From contig NZ_CP040006.1 in assembly GCF_005696695.1 (NCBI RefSeq), positions 1,770,001 through 1,802,000 of the forward strand: DNA of 32,000 bases, read 5' to 3'. This document shows, piece by piece, positions 1 to 9,694 of the stretch. The notes under the pieces are model-generated. The model searched no databases, was not told where the DNA came from, and saw only the letters and a list, made by a program, of their open reading frames with translations. This DNA is from Schaalia odontolytica. GTDB taxonomy: Bacteria > Actinomycetota > Actinomycetes > Actinomycetales > Actinomycetaceae. A program made the translations under genes and the position numbers. Each line of letters opens with the position of its first letter. Position 1 is the first letter of the stretch.

Positions 1-884
1 TGGTCCTCCCACTCCTCGCGGGCCGTGTTGAAGACCTCGAGAATGTGAATGGCCTCGGTCTGGCTGGTCTGACGCTTAGAAACGTCGAGGAGCTCCGTGA
101 CCACGTTGGTCATGCGTTCCACCTGTTCGAGGCAGGTGCGGGCTTCGGCGCGCACCTCGTCCTCTGTGGAGATGAGTTCGATTTCCTCCAGGCGCATGGA
201 CAGAGCGGTCAGCGGCGTGCGCAGCTGGTGGGAGGCGTCAGCGGCAGCCTGTCGCTCGGCTGCGAGTCGGCCCGCCATGCGTTCGCCGGTGCGAGCGAGT
301 TCTTCGGAGACCAGGTCGATCTCTTCGATGCCGGACTTCTCCACGCGGGCACGCACGCCTCCCGAGCCGATCTGCTCAGCCTGGGCGGCCAGGTAGATGA
401 GTGGGGCCGACAGCTCACGCGACAGGGAGCGCGCGAGTACCCAGCCGATCACCATGGAAGCGACCATGCCCCCGCCGAACAGCGCGCACGTCCACGCGAT
501 GCGGTTCAGAGCGTTCGACGCCGACGCTGTGAGCTGGACAGAAACGCCGCTCGGAGACGAGGCCAGGGCGGTCATGGTCCGCCCAGGGAACGCCTTGCTG
601 TTGGTGGCGAGGTTGGCCTCGGGAACCTTAATGCGGTAGCCGAGTTCGTCCCCGCGGCTGTTCGCCTGATCCGCTACGAGCGAGGCCAGGGTTGCGGGGT
701 CGTTCCCCTCCCCCACGGCACGCCTACGCTCGATGTTTTGGAGGATGAGCTGCGCCTGAACGTCGAGGTTACGCTGTTCGGACGACCAGATGGAGACCGA
801 CGCAAAGAAGGCGCCGGGCAGGCCCATCAGCACGCACACGACGGCGACGATGGAGACGATCATCCTCACCGCGCGAGCGCGCAT
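1..884 (-). CDS. Sensor histidine kinase, N-terminal part only (the rest lies left of the window)
   Basis: Absent from the ORF track because it has no in-window stop. The minus strand from ATG at 884 reads MRARAVRMIVSIVAVVCVLMGLPGAFFAS (TM1), then WTCALFGGGMVASMVIGWVLA (TM2), a HAMP-like linker and the H-box AADASHQLRTPLTALSM. It starts about 24 nt after the stop of the response regulator on the same strand, a typical RR-HK operon. Confidence 0.85.
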   Translation of the reverse strand, partial: MRARAVRMIVSIVAVVCVLMGLPGAFFASVSIWSSEQRNLDVQAQLILQNIERRRAVGEGNDPATLASLVADQANSRGDELGYRIKVPEANLATNSKAFPGRTMTALASSPSGVSVQLTASASNALNRIAWTCALFGGGMVASMVIGWVLARSLSRELSAPLIYLAAQAEQIGSGGVRARVEKSGIEEIDLVSEELARTGERMAGRLAAERQAAADASHQLRTPLTALSMRLEEIELISTEDEVRAEARTCLEQVERMTNVVTELLDVSKRQTSQTEAIHILEVFNTAREEWED

Positions 885-908
885 GGCGGGCCTCCCTCAG
901 CGACGCGC

Positions 909-1586
909 TCAGCGCGCGTTCTCGAAGCGGAATCCCATCCCGCGCACGGTGGTGATGTAGTGCGGGTCGGTCGCGTCGTCACCGAGCTTGCGGCGCAGCC
1001 ACGACACGTGCATGTCGAGAGTCTTCGTGGAGCCGGTCGGATCCGAGCCCCACACCTCACGCATGAGGGTGTCGCGAGCAACGACGGAACCGGCCTCGCG
1101 CAGGAGCACGCGCAGCAGGTCGAATTCCTTGGCTGTCAGGCTCAGCTCAACATCGCCCACGAAGGCGCGATGCGCAGCGACATCCATGCGGATGTCCTGA
1201 GCGCGCAGCTCGCCCTCGGCAGGTTCGGCAGCCTGGCGACGCAGGAGTGCCCGCACGCGAGCGAGGAGCTCCGCGAGGCGGAAGGGCTTCGTCACGTAGT
1301 CGTCTGCGCCCGCATCCAGGCCGACGACCATGTCGACTTCGTCCGTGCGCGCAGTGAGGATCAGAATCGGGACTCGGTTGCCCGAGGAACGGATCTCGCG
1401 GGCGACATCCAGGCCGTCCATGTCGGGCAGGCCGAGGTCCAGGACGACCAGGTCAACGCCGCGAACATCCGCGAGGGCTTCAGCGCCTGTCGCGTGTGCG
1501 CGCACGTCGTAGCCTTCCCTGCCCAGTGCGCGGGCGAGGGGCTCAGAGATGGCCGGATCGTCTTCAACGAGGAGAACTGTAGTCAC
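909..1586 (-). CDS. OmpR/PhoB-family response regulator
   Basis: 225 aa. Receiver domain (VLLVEDDP, LVVLDLGLPDMDG, YVTKPF) followed by a winged-helix output domain (LTAKEFDLLRVL, YITTVRGMGFRF). GTG start. Confidence 0.95.
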   Translation of the reverse strand: MTTVLLVEDDPAISEPLARALGREGYDVRAHATGAEALADVRGVDLVVLDLGLPDMDGLDVAREIRSSGNRVPILILTARTDEVDMVVGLDAGADDYVTKPFRLAELLARVRALLRRQAAEPAEGELRAQDIRMDVAAHRAFVGDVELSLTAKEFDLLRVLLREAGSVVARDTLMREVWGSDPTGSTKTLDMHVSWLRRKLGDDATDPHYITTVRGMGFRFENAR

Positions 1587-1679
1587 GCTTACATCTTAGC
1601 AATTCTGAACCAAAACTTGCACCTTTCTTGACCCGTTATGCGGGCCGGTCAGGCACTCGTTCACACTGCGAGATGAACG

Positions 1680-2714
1680 TTATTTAACAACGCTTGAGAG
1701 CAGGTACGGCGAGACAGGACCGAAACCGCGCAAGTCTGCGGTCGGGAACTCTTCAAGCTCGTACCCGTCGCCAACCTCGCCAGCAGCGATGGCGGCAGCC
1801 GTGGTCGGATCGGTGAGGATTTTGCCAACCGGCGCAATGTCCACGAGGCGAGACGCGAGGTTCACCGTGGGCCCGAAGACGTCACCCGATCGAGAGAAGA
1901 CGTCTCCGCGCACGAAAGATGCTCGCACGGGCAGCATTTCGTCGTCGGCGTTCAGTCGCTCGATGAGGGCCGTGGCCACGCGCAGGCCAGTCGGCAGATC
2001 ATCGGCGATGTAGAGGACGGCGTCACCGATCATCTTGACGACGCGACCCCCCTCCTCGATGACGGCGTTACGACTCTCCTCCTCGAAGCGCTCAATGAGA
2101 CCCACGAGGGCATCACCGAGGATCGTCGAGGACGACGTGTAGGACACCATGTCGACGAAGCCGAGGCAGCGGTTGAGCGGGAAGCGGTTGTGCCTCTCCT
2201 CGTGCCCACGCTGGGATATCTCGCGATCAAAACGGGACAGGGTTGCCTCGAGCTGACGCCGCCAGGCGTATGTGAACATCTCCTGGAAGACGTCGATGTA
2301 CTCGCGCATATGGTCCAGCACGTACATGCGGGCCGTCGTGTCGTCCAGCATCAGACGACGCATTGAATCCTCGACCAGCGCCTCGAACTGCCACAGGGCC
2401 AGGCGATCGGCCAGGTGGGCGTTGGCGCGCAGGAGAGAGCGCGAGGTAGCTGTGTCAATGCCACCGGATTCGACAAGGTCGTGCCAGCGACTGAAAACTT
2501 CCAGATCACGCTGAGAGAAAACCTTGTCGTCTGCAGTGGGAGCCTGGAAGCCGAGGGCAATCCAGAAACGGAAGACGCGCTCGATAGGCGTATTCGTCAT
2601 CTCCGCGAGATCGCGGGCCGAATACGTCAGATGACCTCCGAGCAGCTGGGGAACATAGCTTGTTGCGGTCAGGTCATCAGGAGTTGCAGGGGACGAAGCC
2701 GCGTGCTCATCCAT
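1680..2714 (-). CDS. Class III adenylate/guanylate cyclase with an N-terminal MerR-like HTH/regulatory domain
   Basis: C-terminal half carries the class III cyclase signatures FVDMVSYT, KMIGDAVL and GPTVNLASRL. The N-terminal part (YSARDLAEMTNTPIERVFRFWIALGF) looks like a MerR-type HTH. I moved the start to ATG 2714, which is preceded by GAGGAGGG; the track start is GTG 2750. Confidence 0.85.
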   Translation of the reverse strand: MDEHAASSPATPDDLTATSYVPQLLGGHLTYSARDLAEMTNTPIERVFRFWIALGFQAPTADDKVFSQRDLEVFSRWHDLVESGGIDTATSRSLLRANAHLADRLALWQFEALVEDSMRRLMLDDTTARMYVLDHMREYIDVFQEMFTYAWRRQLEATLSRFDREISQRGHEERHNRFPLNRCLGFVDMVSYTSSSTILGDALVGLIERFEEESRNAVIEEGGRVVKMIGDAVLYIADDLPTGLRVATALIERLNADDEMLPVRASFVRGDVFSRSGDVFGPTVNLASRLVDIAPVGKILTDPTTAAAIAAGEVGDGYELEEFPTADLRGFGPVSPYLLSSVVK

Positions 2715-2940
2715 CGCAAATCCCTCCTCTTTGGGCTGACTCAACACCACATCAGCGGGTAACGGTATATCAGATCACTTTTCAAAGTCACATCGAGATT
2801 GTGACCTCGTACGTAGACAATTGTAGTAGTCTGATGAGTTTTTCACCAGGGTTTTGCACGTTTACCTGCGAAAACCCGCCATCTTGCAACAAATTGCAGT
2901 TTGTCTACACGCTTCTCGCGCGATGGTCCACAATGTCCCT

Positions 2941-3648
2941 ATGCGCCTTGTTCTTGCCTCCGCTTCCCCCGCTCGCCGCGCAACACTCATTGCGGCGGGC
3001 ATCACACCGATCGTCCAGGTGTCCACCGTCGACGAGGACGCCGTCCTTGCTGCGCTGCCCGGCGGGCGCGCATTCTCAGGCGGCACAACCACCCCGGCGG
3101 ACGAAGTTGCAGCGCTTGCCGCAGCCAAGTGCGCCGACGTCTGCGAGGCTCTGAGCACGCCCGGCACCAACGCCGAACTGCCCGAGGGCGAGGCCGTCCT
3201 CGTCGTGGGCTGCGACTCCATGCTCGAGATCGACGGCCAGATGCTCGGCAAGCCCCACACCCCCGACATAGCCCGCGAGCGCATCCGCGCCATGCGTCGC
3301 ACGAGCGCCACCCTGTGGACGGGCCACTCGGCCGCGATCCTCGCCCCGGCCTCGTCGGATGACGACCAGAGGCACGAACGCGCAGTCACCGCGACCGTTA
3401 CCCGCTCCGCCTCGACCCAGGTGCACTTCGGGGACATCTCGGATGCCGAGATCGACGCGTACGTCGCCACCGGCGAGCCCCTGCACGTCGCAGGGTCCTT
3501 CACGGTGGACGGACTGGGCGGCCCCTTCATCGAGGGCGTGACGGGCGATTATCACTCTGTCGTCGGCATCTCCTTGCCACTGCTGCGCTCCATGGCCACC
3601 GAGCTCGGGGTCTTCTGGCCGGACCTGTGGGATGCACCGCGCCCCTGA
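2941..3648 (+). CDS. maf: Maf-like nucleoside triphosphate pyrophosphatase / septum formation protein
   Basis: [21 protein letters not shown] is the typical Maf N-terminus. The C-terminal part reads [38 protein letters not shown]. The start is ambiguous (2941, or 2923/2854 upstream) and there is no strong SD. Confidence 0.88.
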   Translation: MRLVLASASPARRATLIAAGITPIVQVSTVDEDAVLAALPGGRAFSGGTTTPADEVAALAAAKCADVCEALSTPGTNAELPEGEAVLVVGCDSMLEIDGQMLGKPHTPDIARERIRAMRRTSATLWTGHSAAILAPASSDDDQRHERAVTATVTRSASTQVHFGDISDAEIDAYVATGEPLHVAGSFTVDGLGGPFIEGVTGDYHSVVGISLPLLRSMATELGVFWPDLWDAPRP

Positions 3649-3692
3649 GTTTCGGCGCCAATCACCCGCCCGTAGCGCCGTACTGTAGGGGC

Positions 3693-4649
3693 ATGGACAA
3701 CAGCACTGCATGGGGCATCGGCCTCGCAACGATCACTCTGGACGGCACGACACTCGACACGTGGTACCCCGCCCCGCACCTGGGCGAGCCCGGGACCGAC
3801 GAGGAGCTGGCGACCTCGCTGTCCGTGCTGGAGCGCGTCGATGACGCGCGCCGCGTGCGCACCGTCGTCGTGACCACGACGATTGACCTGCAGGAAGCTC
3901 CCGCCTCGACGGAGGACGCCTACCTGCGTCTGCACCTGCTTTCCCACCGCCTGGTACAGCCCAACACGATCAACCTGGACGGTATCTTCGCGGTGCTGCC
4001 CAACGTCGTGTGGACGGATGCTGGCCCGTGCGCCGTCGCCGACTTCGAGGCCACCCGCCTGCGCCTGCGCGCTCGCGACGGTCACCCCGTGACCGTGCAG
4101 GGCGTCGACAAGTTCCCGCCGATGGTCAACTACGTCCTGCCTTCCGGCGTTCGCATCGCCGACGGCACGCGCGTGCGCCTGGGCGCCTACCTGTCCGAGG
4201 GCACGACCGTCATGCACGCCGGCTTCGTCAACTTCAACGCGGGCACGCTGGGCCGCTCGATGGTCGAGGGCCGAGTCTCGCAGGGCGTCGTCATCGGCGA
4301 CGGCTCGGATGTGGGCGGCGGCGCCTCCACGATGGGCACCCTCTCGGGCGGCGGCAAGCAGCGCGTGCGCCTGGGGGAGCGCTGCCTGCTGGGCGCAAAC
4401 TCGGGCCTGGGCATCGCGCTCGGCGACGACTGCGTGGTCGAGGCCGGCCTGTACGTGACCGCTGGAGCGAAGGTCAAGCTCATCGACTCTTCCGGAGAGT
4501 CCGAGCCGCGCACGGTTGCCGCGCGCGAACTGTCGGGTGCGTCGAACATCCTGTTCCGCCGCAACTCCCAGACGGGCCGCATCGAGGCCATTGCCCGCGC
4601 GGGCGTCGTGGGTATCGAGCTCAACGACGCGCTGCACGCGTCGAACTGA
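3693..4649 (+). CDS. dapD: 2,3,4,5-tetrahydropyridine-2,6-dicarboxylate N-succinyltransferase (actinobacterial type)
   Basis: Left-handed beta-helix hexapeptide repeats ([49 protein letters not shown]) and an overall layout like corynebacterial/mycobacterial DapD. Start moved to ATG 3693 ([10 protein letters not shown]), preceded by GTAGGGG. Confidence 0.88.
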   Translation: MDNSTAWGIGLATITLDGTTLDTWYPAPHLGEPGTDEELATSLSVLERVDDARRVRTVVVTTTIDLQEAPASTEDAYLRLHLLSHRLVQPNTINLDGIFAVLPNVVWTDAGPCAVADFEATRLRLRARDGHPVTVQGVDKFPPMVNYVLPSGVRIADGTRVRLGAYLSEGTTVMHAGFVNFNAGTLGRSMVEGRVSQGVVIGDGSDVGGGASTMGTLSGGGKQRVRLGERCLLGANSGLGIALGDDCVVEAGLYVTAGAKVKLIDSSGESEPRTVAARELSGASNILFRRNSQTGRIEAIARAGVVGIELNDALHASN

Positions 4650-4661
4650 GTTTTCTCACCG

Positions 4662-4711
4662 ACGAGGCCGGGGCCGCCTTGCGCAGTGCGCGCGGGCGGC
4701 CCCGGCCTCGT
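4662..4711. terminator. Bidirectional intrinsic-terminator-like hairpin between convergent dapD and dapC
   Basis: Perfect 17-bp stem: acgaggccggggccgcc (4662-4678) pairs with ggcggccccggcctcgt (4695-4711), with a 16-nt loop. Confidence 0.7.
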
Positions 4712-4726
4712 TATGTGGCTGACGTG

Positions 4727-5872
4727 TCAGCGCGCCGTCCAGGCCTCGCGAATGCGGCTCGCGGCGGCCTGAATGCGCTCGTCGGTGGCGGTGAGGGCCA
4801 CGCGGACGCGCCCGTGAGCTGCCGTGCCGTAGAAGTCGCCGGGCGCCACGAGGATACCGAGATCGGCCAGGCGATTCACAAGGGCCCACGAGTCGGTCGG
4901 ATTCGCGGGGTCCGAGACCCACAGGTACAGGCCGGCCGCCGTATCGGGATCAACGTCGAGGCCGACGTCGGTCAGCGCCTCGAGGAGGAGGGCGCGACGC
5001 ACGGCGTAGACGCTGCGCTGGCGCTCCACGTGCTCGGTGTCGCGGAGGGCAACCGCCATCGCGTGCTGGACGGGGGCGGGCACCATGAGTCCGGAGTGCT
5101 TGCGCACGCTGACGATCGGTGCGACCAGCGCGGGGTCACCATAGATGAGGGCGCCGCGGTAGCCGGCAAGATTCGACTGCTTGGACAGCGAGTACAGGAC
5201 GAGGAGGCCGCTCGCGTCGCCGTCGCACACGTCCGTATCGAGCAGGGAGGGCACTCCCTCGCTCACGTAGGGCTCCGACCAGGGCAGGGCCGCGTAGCAC
5301 TCGTCGGACACGACGACGGCGCCGTGAGCGCGCGCCCAGCCGACGACCGCGCGCAGCTCGTCCTTACTCATGACGTGCCCGTCGGGGTTGCCCGGCGAGT
5401 TCAGGTAGACGAGGGCAGCCTCGGGCCAGGCATCGGTGTTCGTGGGGTCGACAGCGACGGGGGTGGCACCGGCCAGGCGGGCGCCAATGTCATAGGTCGG
5501 GTAGGCAACCTCGGGCACGAGGACCGTGTCGCCGGGGCGCACGCCCAGCAGGGCGGGAATCCAGGCGACTGCTTCCTTCGAGCCGATCGTGGGGATGACG
5601 CCGCCGTGGCCGACGTCGACCATGCCCCGTCGCTGTCCCCATGCGAGAATCGCGTCGCGCACCTCGGCGGTTCCGATCACCGTCGGGTAGCCGTGCGCGT
5701 TGGAGGCGTCGGCGAGGGCTTCGCGAATGAACGCGGGGGTGTCGTCGACCGGGGTTCCGACGCTCAGATCGCACATTCCCCCGGGATGTTCAGTGGCGCG
5801 CGCCTTGGCGGGCGCCAGCTGATCCCAGGGGAATTCAGGCAGGTCAAGAGGGCGGGGAAGGATCGTTGTCAT
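4727..5872 (-). CDS. dapC: Succinyldiaminopimelate aminotransferase (PLP-dependent class I aminotransferase)
   Basis: 381 aa. N-terminus LDLPEFPWDQLAPAKARA and the SLSKQSNLAGYR PLP-lysine motif. It sits next to dapD and fdxA, the conserved actinobacterial dapC context. Confidence 0.82.
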   Translation of the reverse strand: MTTILPRPLDLPEFPWDQLAPAKARATEHPGGMCDLSVGTPVDDTPAFIREALADASNAHGYPTVIGTAEVRDAILAWGQRRGMVDVGHGGVIPTIGSKEAVAWIPALLGVRPGDTVLVPEVAYPTYDIGARLAGATPVAVDPTNTDAWPEAALVYLNSPGNPDGHVMSKDELRAVVGWARAHGAVVVSDECYAALPWSEPYVSEGVPSLLDTDVCDGDASGLLVLYSLSKQSNLAGYRGALIYGDPALVAPIVSVRKHSGLMVPAPVQHAMAVALRDTEHVERQRSVYAVRRALLLEALTDVGLDVDPDTAAGLYLWVSDPANPTDSWALVNRLADLGILVAPGDFYGTAAHGRVRVALTATDERIQAAASRIREAWTAR

Positions 5873-5891
5873 ACCCCTACCCTATCGACTG

Positions 5892-6233
5892 TCAGAGGTT
5901 TTCGGCCTTCCATTCCTCATTCTGAGGCGGCAGCGCGGCGATCATCGGATCGTCGAAGTCCTGGACGCCGGTCTTCTGGGCGCCGCCAGGGCTGCCCAGG
6001 TCGTTGAAGAAGTCGACGTTGGCGCGCAGGTAGTCGGACCACTCGGAGGGCAGGTCGTCCTCGTAGAAGATGGCCTCGGTCGGGCACACGGGCTCACACG
6101 CACCGCAGTCCACGCACTCCTCGGGGTGGATGTAGAGCGAGCGAGCGCCCTCGTAGATGCAGTCGACGGGGCACTCGTCCACGCACGCGCGATCCTTGAC
6201 GTCCACGCAGGGCTGCGCGATGACGTAGGTCAT
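5892..6233 (-). CDS. fdxA: 7Fe ferredoxin
   Basis: MTYVIAQPCVDVKDRACVDECPVDCIY and CVDCGACEPVCP give the CX7CX3CP plus CX2CX2CX3CP cluster ligands. A strong AGGAGG precedes the ATG. Confidence 0.95.
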   Translation of the reverse strand: MTYVIAQPCVDVKDRACVDECPVDCIYEGARSLYIHPEECVDCGACEPVCPTEAIFYEDDLPSEWSDYLRANVDFFNDLGSPGGAQKTGVQDFDDPMIAALPPQNEEWKAENL

Positions 6234-6285
6234 GAGACGTTCCTCCTGGTCAGTTCTAAAGACTCGTTGATTCTATTATTCACGT

Positions 6286-6612
6286 ATGAGTAGCCCCGAG
6301 TCACCCCGCATCCCCGACAGCGCTGCGAGCGGCGAGAATACGCCGATTCAGCACACCGAGACCGAAGGGGCGCGCGAAGAAATTTCCACACGCGCGCCTG
6401 GCGCAATTCCCCAGCTGCCGTGGATGAGCTTCGCTGTCGGAGAGAGGATCGTCATCCGCTACCGTCTGGCAGACGGGTTGCACGACGCCCTGGGAGAGGC
6501 TCTCGAGGTGGCCCCCACGCACGTCACGGTCGCGACGAGGCGGGGGCCGGTTCGGGTGGATGCCCGCACGATGGTGACGGGCAAGCGCGTGCCTCCCCCG
6601 CCCACCATCTAG
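6286..6612 (+). CDS. Hypothetical small protein
   Basis: 108-aa ORF divergent from fdxA. Amino-acid composition is plausible (GERIVIRYRLADGLHDALGEALEV, VTGKRVPP). I recognise no family. Confidence 0.5.
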   Translation: MSSPESPRIPDSAASGENTPIQHTETEGAREEISTRAPGAIPQLPWMSFAVGERIVIRYRLADGLHDALGEALEVAPTHVTVATRRGPVRVDARTMVTGKRVPPPPTI

Positions 6613-6635
6613 CGAGCGGGGGAAGCAGGCGCGGT

Positions 6636-8555
6636 TCAGCGGTTGGCGCGGCGCTCGCGAGCGGCGATCTTGAAGCGCTCCTGGGCGTCCAGGACGACCT
6701 TGCGCACGCGCACGGCCTCAGGCGTGACCTCGACGCACTCGTCGTTGGCCGCGAACTCGAGGGACTCCTCGAGGGTCAGCTTGCGCGAGGGGGTCAGCGA
6801 CTCGTACACGTCGGCGGTCGCGCTACGCGTGTTCGTCTGCTTCTTCTCGCGGCAGATGTTCACGTCCATGTCCTCACCGCGCGGGTTTTCGCCCACGACC
6901 TGGCCCTCGTAGACCTCGGAGGAGGGCTCGACGATGAAGGAGCCGCGCTCCTGCAGGTTCGTCATCGCGTACGGGGTGGCCTGGCCGGCACGGTCGGCGA
7001 CGAGGGAGCCGGTGAGGCGCTGCTCGATGGTGCCCTGCCAGGGGGCGTAGCCCTCGGAGATGGACGAGGCGATACCGGTGCCGCGCGTTTCGGTGAGGAA
7101 GCGCGTACGGAAGCCGATGAGGCCTCGGGCGGGGACCACGAACTCAAGGCGGATCCAGCCCGAGCCGTGGTTCGCCATGGTCTCCATGCGGCCCTTGCGG
7201 GCGGCCATGAGCTGCGTGACGGCGCCCAGGTACTCCTCGGGGATGTCGATCGTCATGCGCTCCATAGGCTCGCTGAGGACGCCGTCGATCTCCTTGGTGA
7301 CGACCTGCGGCTTGCCGACGGTGAGCTCGAAGCCCTCGCGGCGCATCTGCTCCACCAGGATCGCCAGGGCGAGCTCGCCACGGCCCTGGACCTCCCAGGC
7401 GTCGGGGCGCTCGGTGGGCAGAACCTTCAGGGACACGTTGCCGATGAGCTCGCGGTCAAGGCGGTCCTTGACCTGGCGGGCCGTGACCTTAGCGCCCTTG
7501 ACGCGGCCGGCCATGGGCGAGGTGTTGATGCCGATGGTCATGGAGATGGCCGGGTCATCCACCGTAATGAGCGGCAGGGGACGCGGGTCCTCGAGGTCGA
7601 CGAGGGACTCGCCGATCATGATGTCTTCGATGCCGGCGACGGCGACGATGTCACCGGGGGCGGCGGAGTCGGTGGACACGCGCTCGAGGCCCTCGGTGGC
7701 CAGCAGCTCGGAGATGTGGACGCGCTGGATGGTGCCGTCGTGGCGCGCCAGGCCCACGTCAGCGCCCTTCTTCAGGGTCCCGTTGTGGATGCGCAGCAGG
7801 GCGAGACGGCCCAGGAACGGGGAGGCGTCCAGGTTGGTGACGTGGGCCTGCAGCGGCATGTCCTCGTCGTAGGTGGGGCCGGGGATACGGTTCAGGATGG
7901 TCTCGAACAGGGGCTCGAGGTTCTCGGTGGGCAGCTGGCCGTCACCGGGGTTTTCCAGCGAGCACTTGCCGGCCTTAGCGGAGGCGTAGACGACGGGGAC
8001 GTCCATGAGGGAGTCCACGTCGATGTCGATGCCTTCGTTCATGAGGTCCTCGCCCAGCGACAGGAGCAGGTCGGTCGTCTCGGAGACGACCTCCTCGATA
8101 CGCGAGTCGGGACGGTCGACCTTGTTGACGACGACGATGACGGGCAGATGGGCCTGGAGGGCCTTGCGCAGCACGAAGCGGGTCTGCGGGAGCGGGCCCT
8201 CGGAGGCATCGACCATGAGGACGACGCCGTCGACCATCGACAGGCCTCGCTCAACCTCGCCGCCGAAGTCGGCGTGGCCGGGGGTGTCGATAACGTTGAT
8301 GATGACGCCATCCTCGAGGCCCAGGGCCTGCGCGGCGGGGCCGGTGTAGTGGACGGCGGTGTTCTTGGCGAGAATGGTGATGCCCTTCTCGCGCTCGAGG
8401 TCGCCGGAGTCCATGACGCGCTCGCCGGTCTTTTCGACCGTGTCACGCTCGGAGAACGCTCCGGACTGCCAGAGCATTGCGTCAACCAGCGTGGTCTTGC
8501 CATGATCGACGTGCGCGACGATGGCGACATTTCGCAGGTCGGGACGCGTGGACAT
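6636..8555 (-). CDS. typA: Translational GTPase TypA/BipA
   Basis: MSTRPDLRNVAIVAHVDHGKTTLVDAML (G1), DTPGHADFGGEV (G3) and NKVDR (G4). The track ORF (990 aa) is over-extended upstream. I chose ATG 8555, with GAGGAG 8 nt upstream, giving 639 aa. Confidence 0.95.
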   Translation of the reverse strand: MSTRPDLRNVAIVAHVDHGKTTLVDAMLWQSGAFSERDTVEKTGERVMDSGDLEREKGITILAKNTAVHYTGPAAQALGLEDGVIINVIDTPGHADFGGEVERGLSMVDGVVLMVDASEGPLPQTRFVLRKALQAHLPVIVVVNKVDRPDSRIEEVVSETTDLLLSLGEDLMNEGIDIDVDSLMDVPVVYASAKAGKCSLENPGDGQLPTENLEPLFETILNRIPGPTYDEDMPLQAHVTNLDASPFLGRLALLRIHNGTLKKGADVGLARHDGTIQRVHISELLATEGLERVSTDSAAPGDIVAVAGIEDIMIGESLVDLEDPRPLPLITVDDPAISMTIGINTSPMAGRVKGAKVTARQVKDRLDRELIGNVSLKVLPTERPDAWEVQGRGELALAILVEQMRREGFELTVGKPQVVTKEIDGVLSEPMERMTIDIPEEYLGAVTQLMAARKGRMETMANHGSGWIRLEFVVPARGLIGFRTRFLTETRGTGIASSISEGYAPWQGTIEQRLTGSLVADRAGQATPYAMTNLQERGSFIVEPSSEVYEGQVVGENPRGEDMDVNICREKKQTNTRSATADVYESLTPSRKLTLEESLEFAANDECVEVTPEAVRVRKVVLDAQERFKIAARERRANR

Positions 8556-8792
8556 ATGTGGACTCCTCAAATGTGGATACAGATTTATGCGTGTGAGGGG
8601 GCAGGCAAGCCGCAGACACGACCGGTTCGAACCGATTTCACGCACATACGCCTCTAAGAATATCGGCTGAACGAGGGGCAACGCGATCCCCATGTTGCGA
8701 ATTCCACCACGTCGTGGACACATGGCTGAGATCTGAGGGCCCATCGGCCCGTCTATTTGCTCGTTCACAAGCAATGGCGTTAACTGGCTTGT

Positions 8793-9647
8793 ATGACTGA
8801 CATCGCCACGCTCAGCGCAGACGTTTCCACGGCCTCGGCCCTTGTCACCCCCTTCGGTGCGCACCTGCTGTCGTGGCGCCCTGCGGGCCACCCGGATGTC
8901 CTGTGGCTGTCCTCCCGTGCGGTGTTGGACGGCACGAAGGCGATCCGCGGCGGCATCCCCGTGTGCCTGCCCTGGTTCGGCAGCCCCACCGATTCCCCGA
9001 CGAGGCCCGGCCAGGGAGCGGGTGCCCACGGGTTCGCACGCACGAGCCCCTGGACACTGCTGGGAAGCACCCAGCCCGCGAACGACGCCCCGGCCTCGTT
9101 CTCCTTCGAGCTGCACCACACGGGCGAGACCTCTGCCCTCTACCCGCACTCCTTCTGCGCGCGCCTGGACATCGCCGCCGGAGCCGAGCTGAACGCGACC
9201 CTGACCCTCACGAACGATGACGACCACCCCTTCGCTATCGAGGCCGCCCTGCACACCTACCTGCACGTCGGCGACGTCAAGGACGTGACGGTAGAGGGCC
9301 TGGACGGGGAGCGCTACTACGACAAGGTCCGCGAGCGCTACGCCACGCAGACCGGCGACGTGACTTTTATCGGCCCGACGGACCGCGTCTACACGTCCAC
9401 CCAGCAGGTCCAGGTCGTCGATCCGAAGCTGGGACGACGCATCATCGTGGACAAGAACGGTTCGGGCTCGACGATCGTGTGGAACCCCTGGTCGCAGGGC
9501 GCGGCCACGATGAGCGACATCGGCGAGGGCGAGTGGCAGAACTTCGTGTGCGTAGAAACCGCGGCGGTGCGCGAGCGCGCGCTGACGCTGTGGCCGGGGC
9601 ACCCCCACATCATGACGCAGACCCTTGCCGTGGAGACGCTGGACTGA
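8793..9647 (+). CDS. Aldose 1-epimerase-family protein, D-hexose-6-phosphate mutarotase-like
   Basis: 284 aa. LLSWRPAGHPDVLWLS, IRGGIPVCLPWFG, HGFAR, HTYL and VVWNPW resemble the YeaD-type mutarotase family. Confidence 0.78.
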   Translation: MTDIATLSADVSTASALVTPFGAHLLSWRPAGHPDVLWLSSRAVLDGTKAIRGGIPVCLPWFGSPTDSPTRPGQGAGAHGFARTSPWTLLGSTQPANDAPASFSFELHHTGETSALYPHSFCARLDIAAGAELNATLTLTNDDDHPFAIEAALHTYLHVGDVKDVTVEGLDGERYYDKVRERYATQTGDVTFIGPTDRVYTSTQQVQVVDPKLGRRIIVDKNGSGSTIVWNPWSQGAATMSDIGEGEWQNFVCVETAAVRERALTLWPGHPHIMTQTLAVETLD

Positions 9648-9694
9648 CCGACCCGCGGGTAGGATTGGCTCCAGCTACGACCAGAAAGGCCCTC

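Noticed and set aside
45-1631. 528-aa plus-strand ORF across the two-component genes
   Set aside because: It is antisense to a clearly recognisable response regulator and histidine kinase. The translation is Arg/Gly/Ala/His-rich and matches no family, which is the typical high-GC shadow ORF.
3552-6007. Long ORFs 3552..4637 (-) and 4010..6007 (+)
   Set aside because: They are antisense or out of frame to dapD and dapC, with low-complexity Arg/Ala/Gly-rich translations. The opposite-strand genes have clear family signatures.
8623-8634. Perfect 12-bp palindrome cggttcgaaccg in the typA/mutarotase divergent intergenic region
   Set aside because: It could be an operator, but it is a single short palindrome with no second copy or promoter overlap that I can show.
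6420-9608. 745-aa ORF 6420..8657 (+) and the 5' extension of the 990-aa ORF 6636..9608 (-)
   Set aside because: The plus-strand ORF is antisense to typA. The minus-strand extension upstream of 8555 overlaps the mutarotase gene and has no protein-like features. TypA begins at MSTRPDLRNVAIVAHVDHGKTT, with a good SD.
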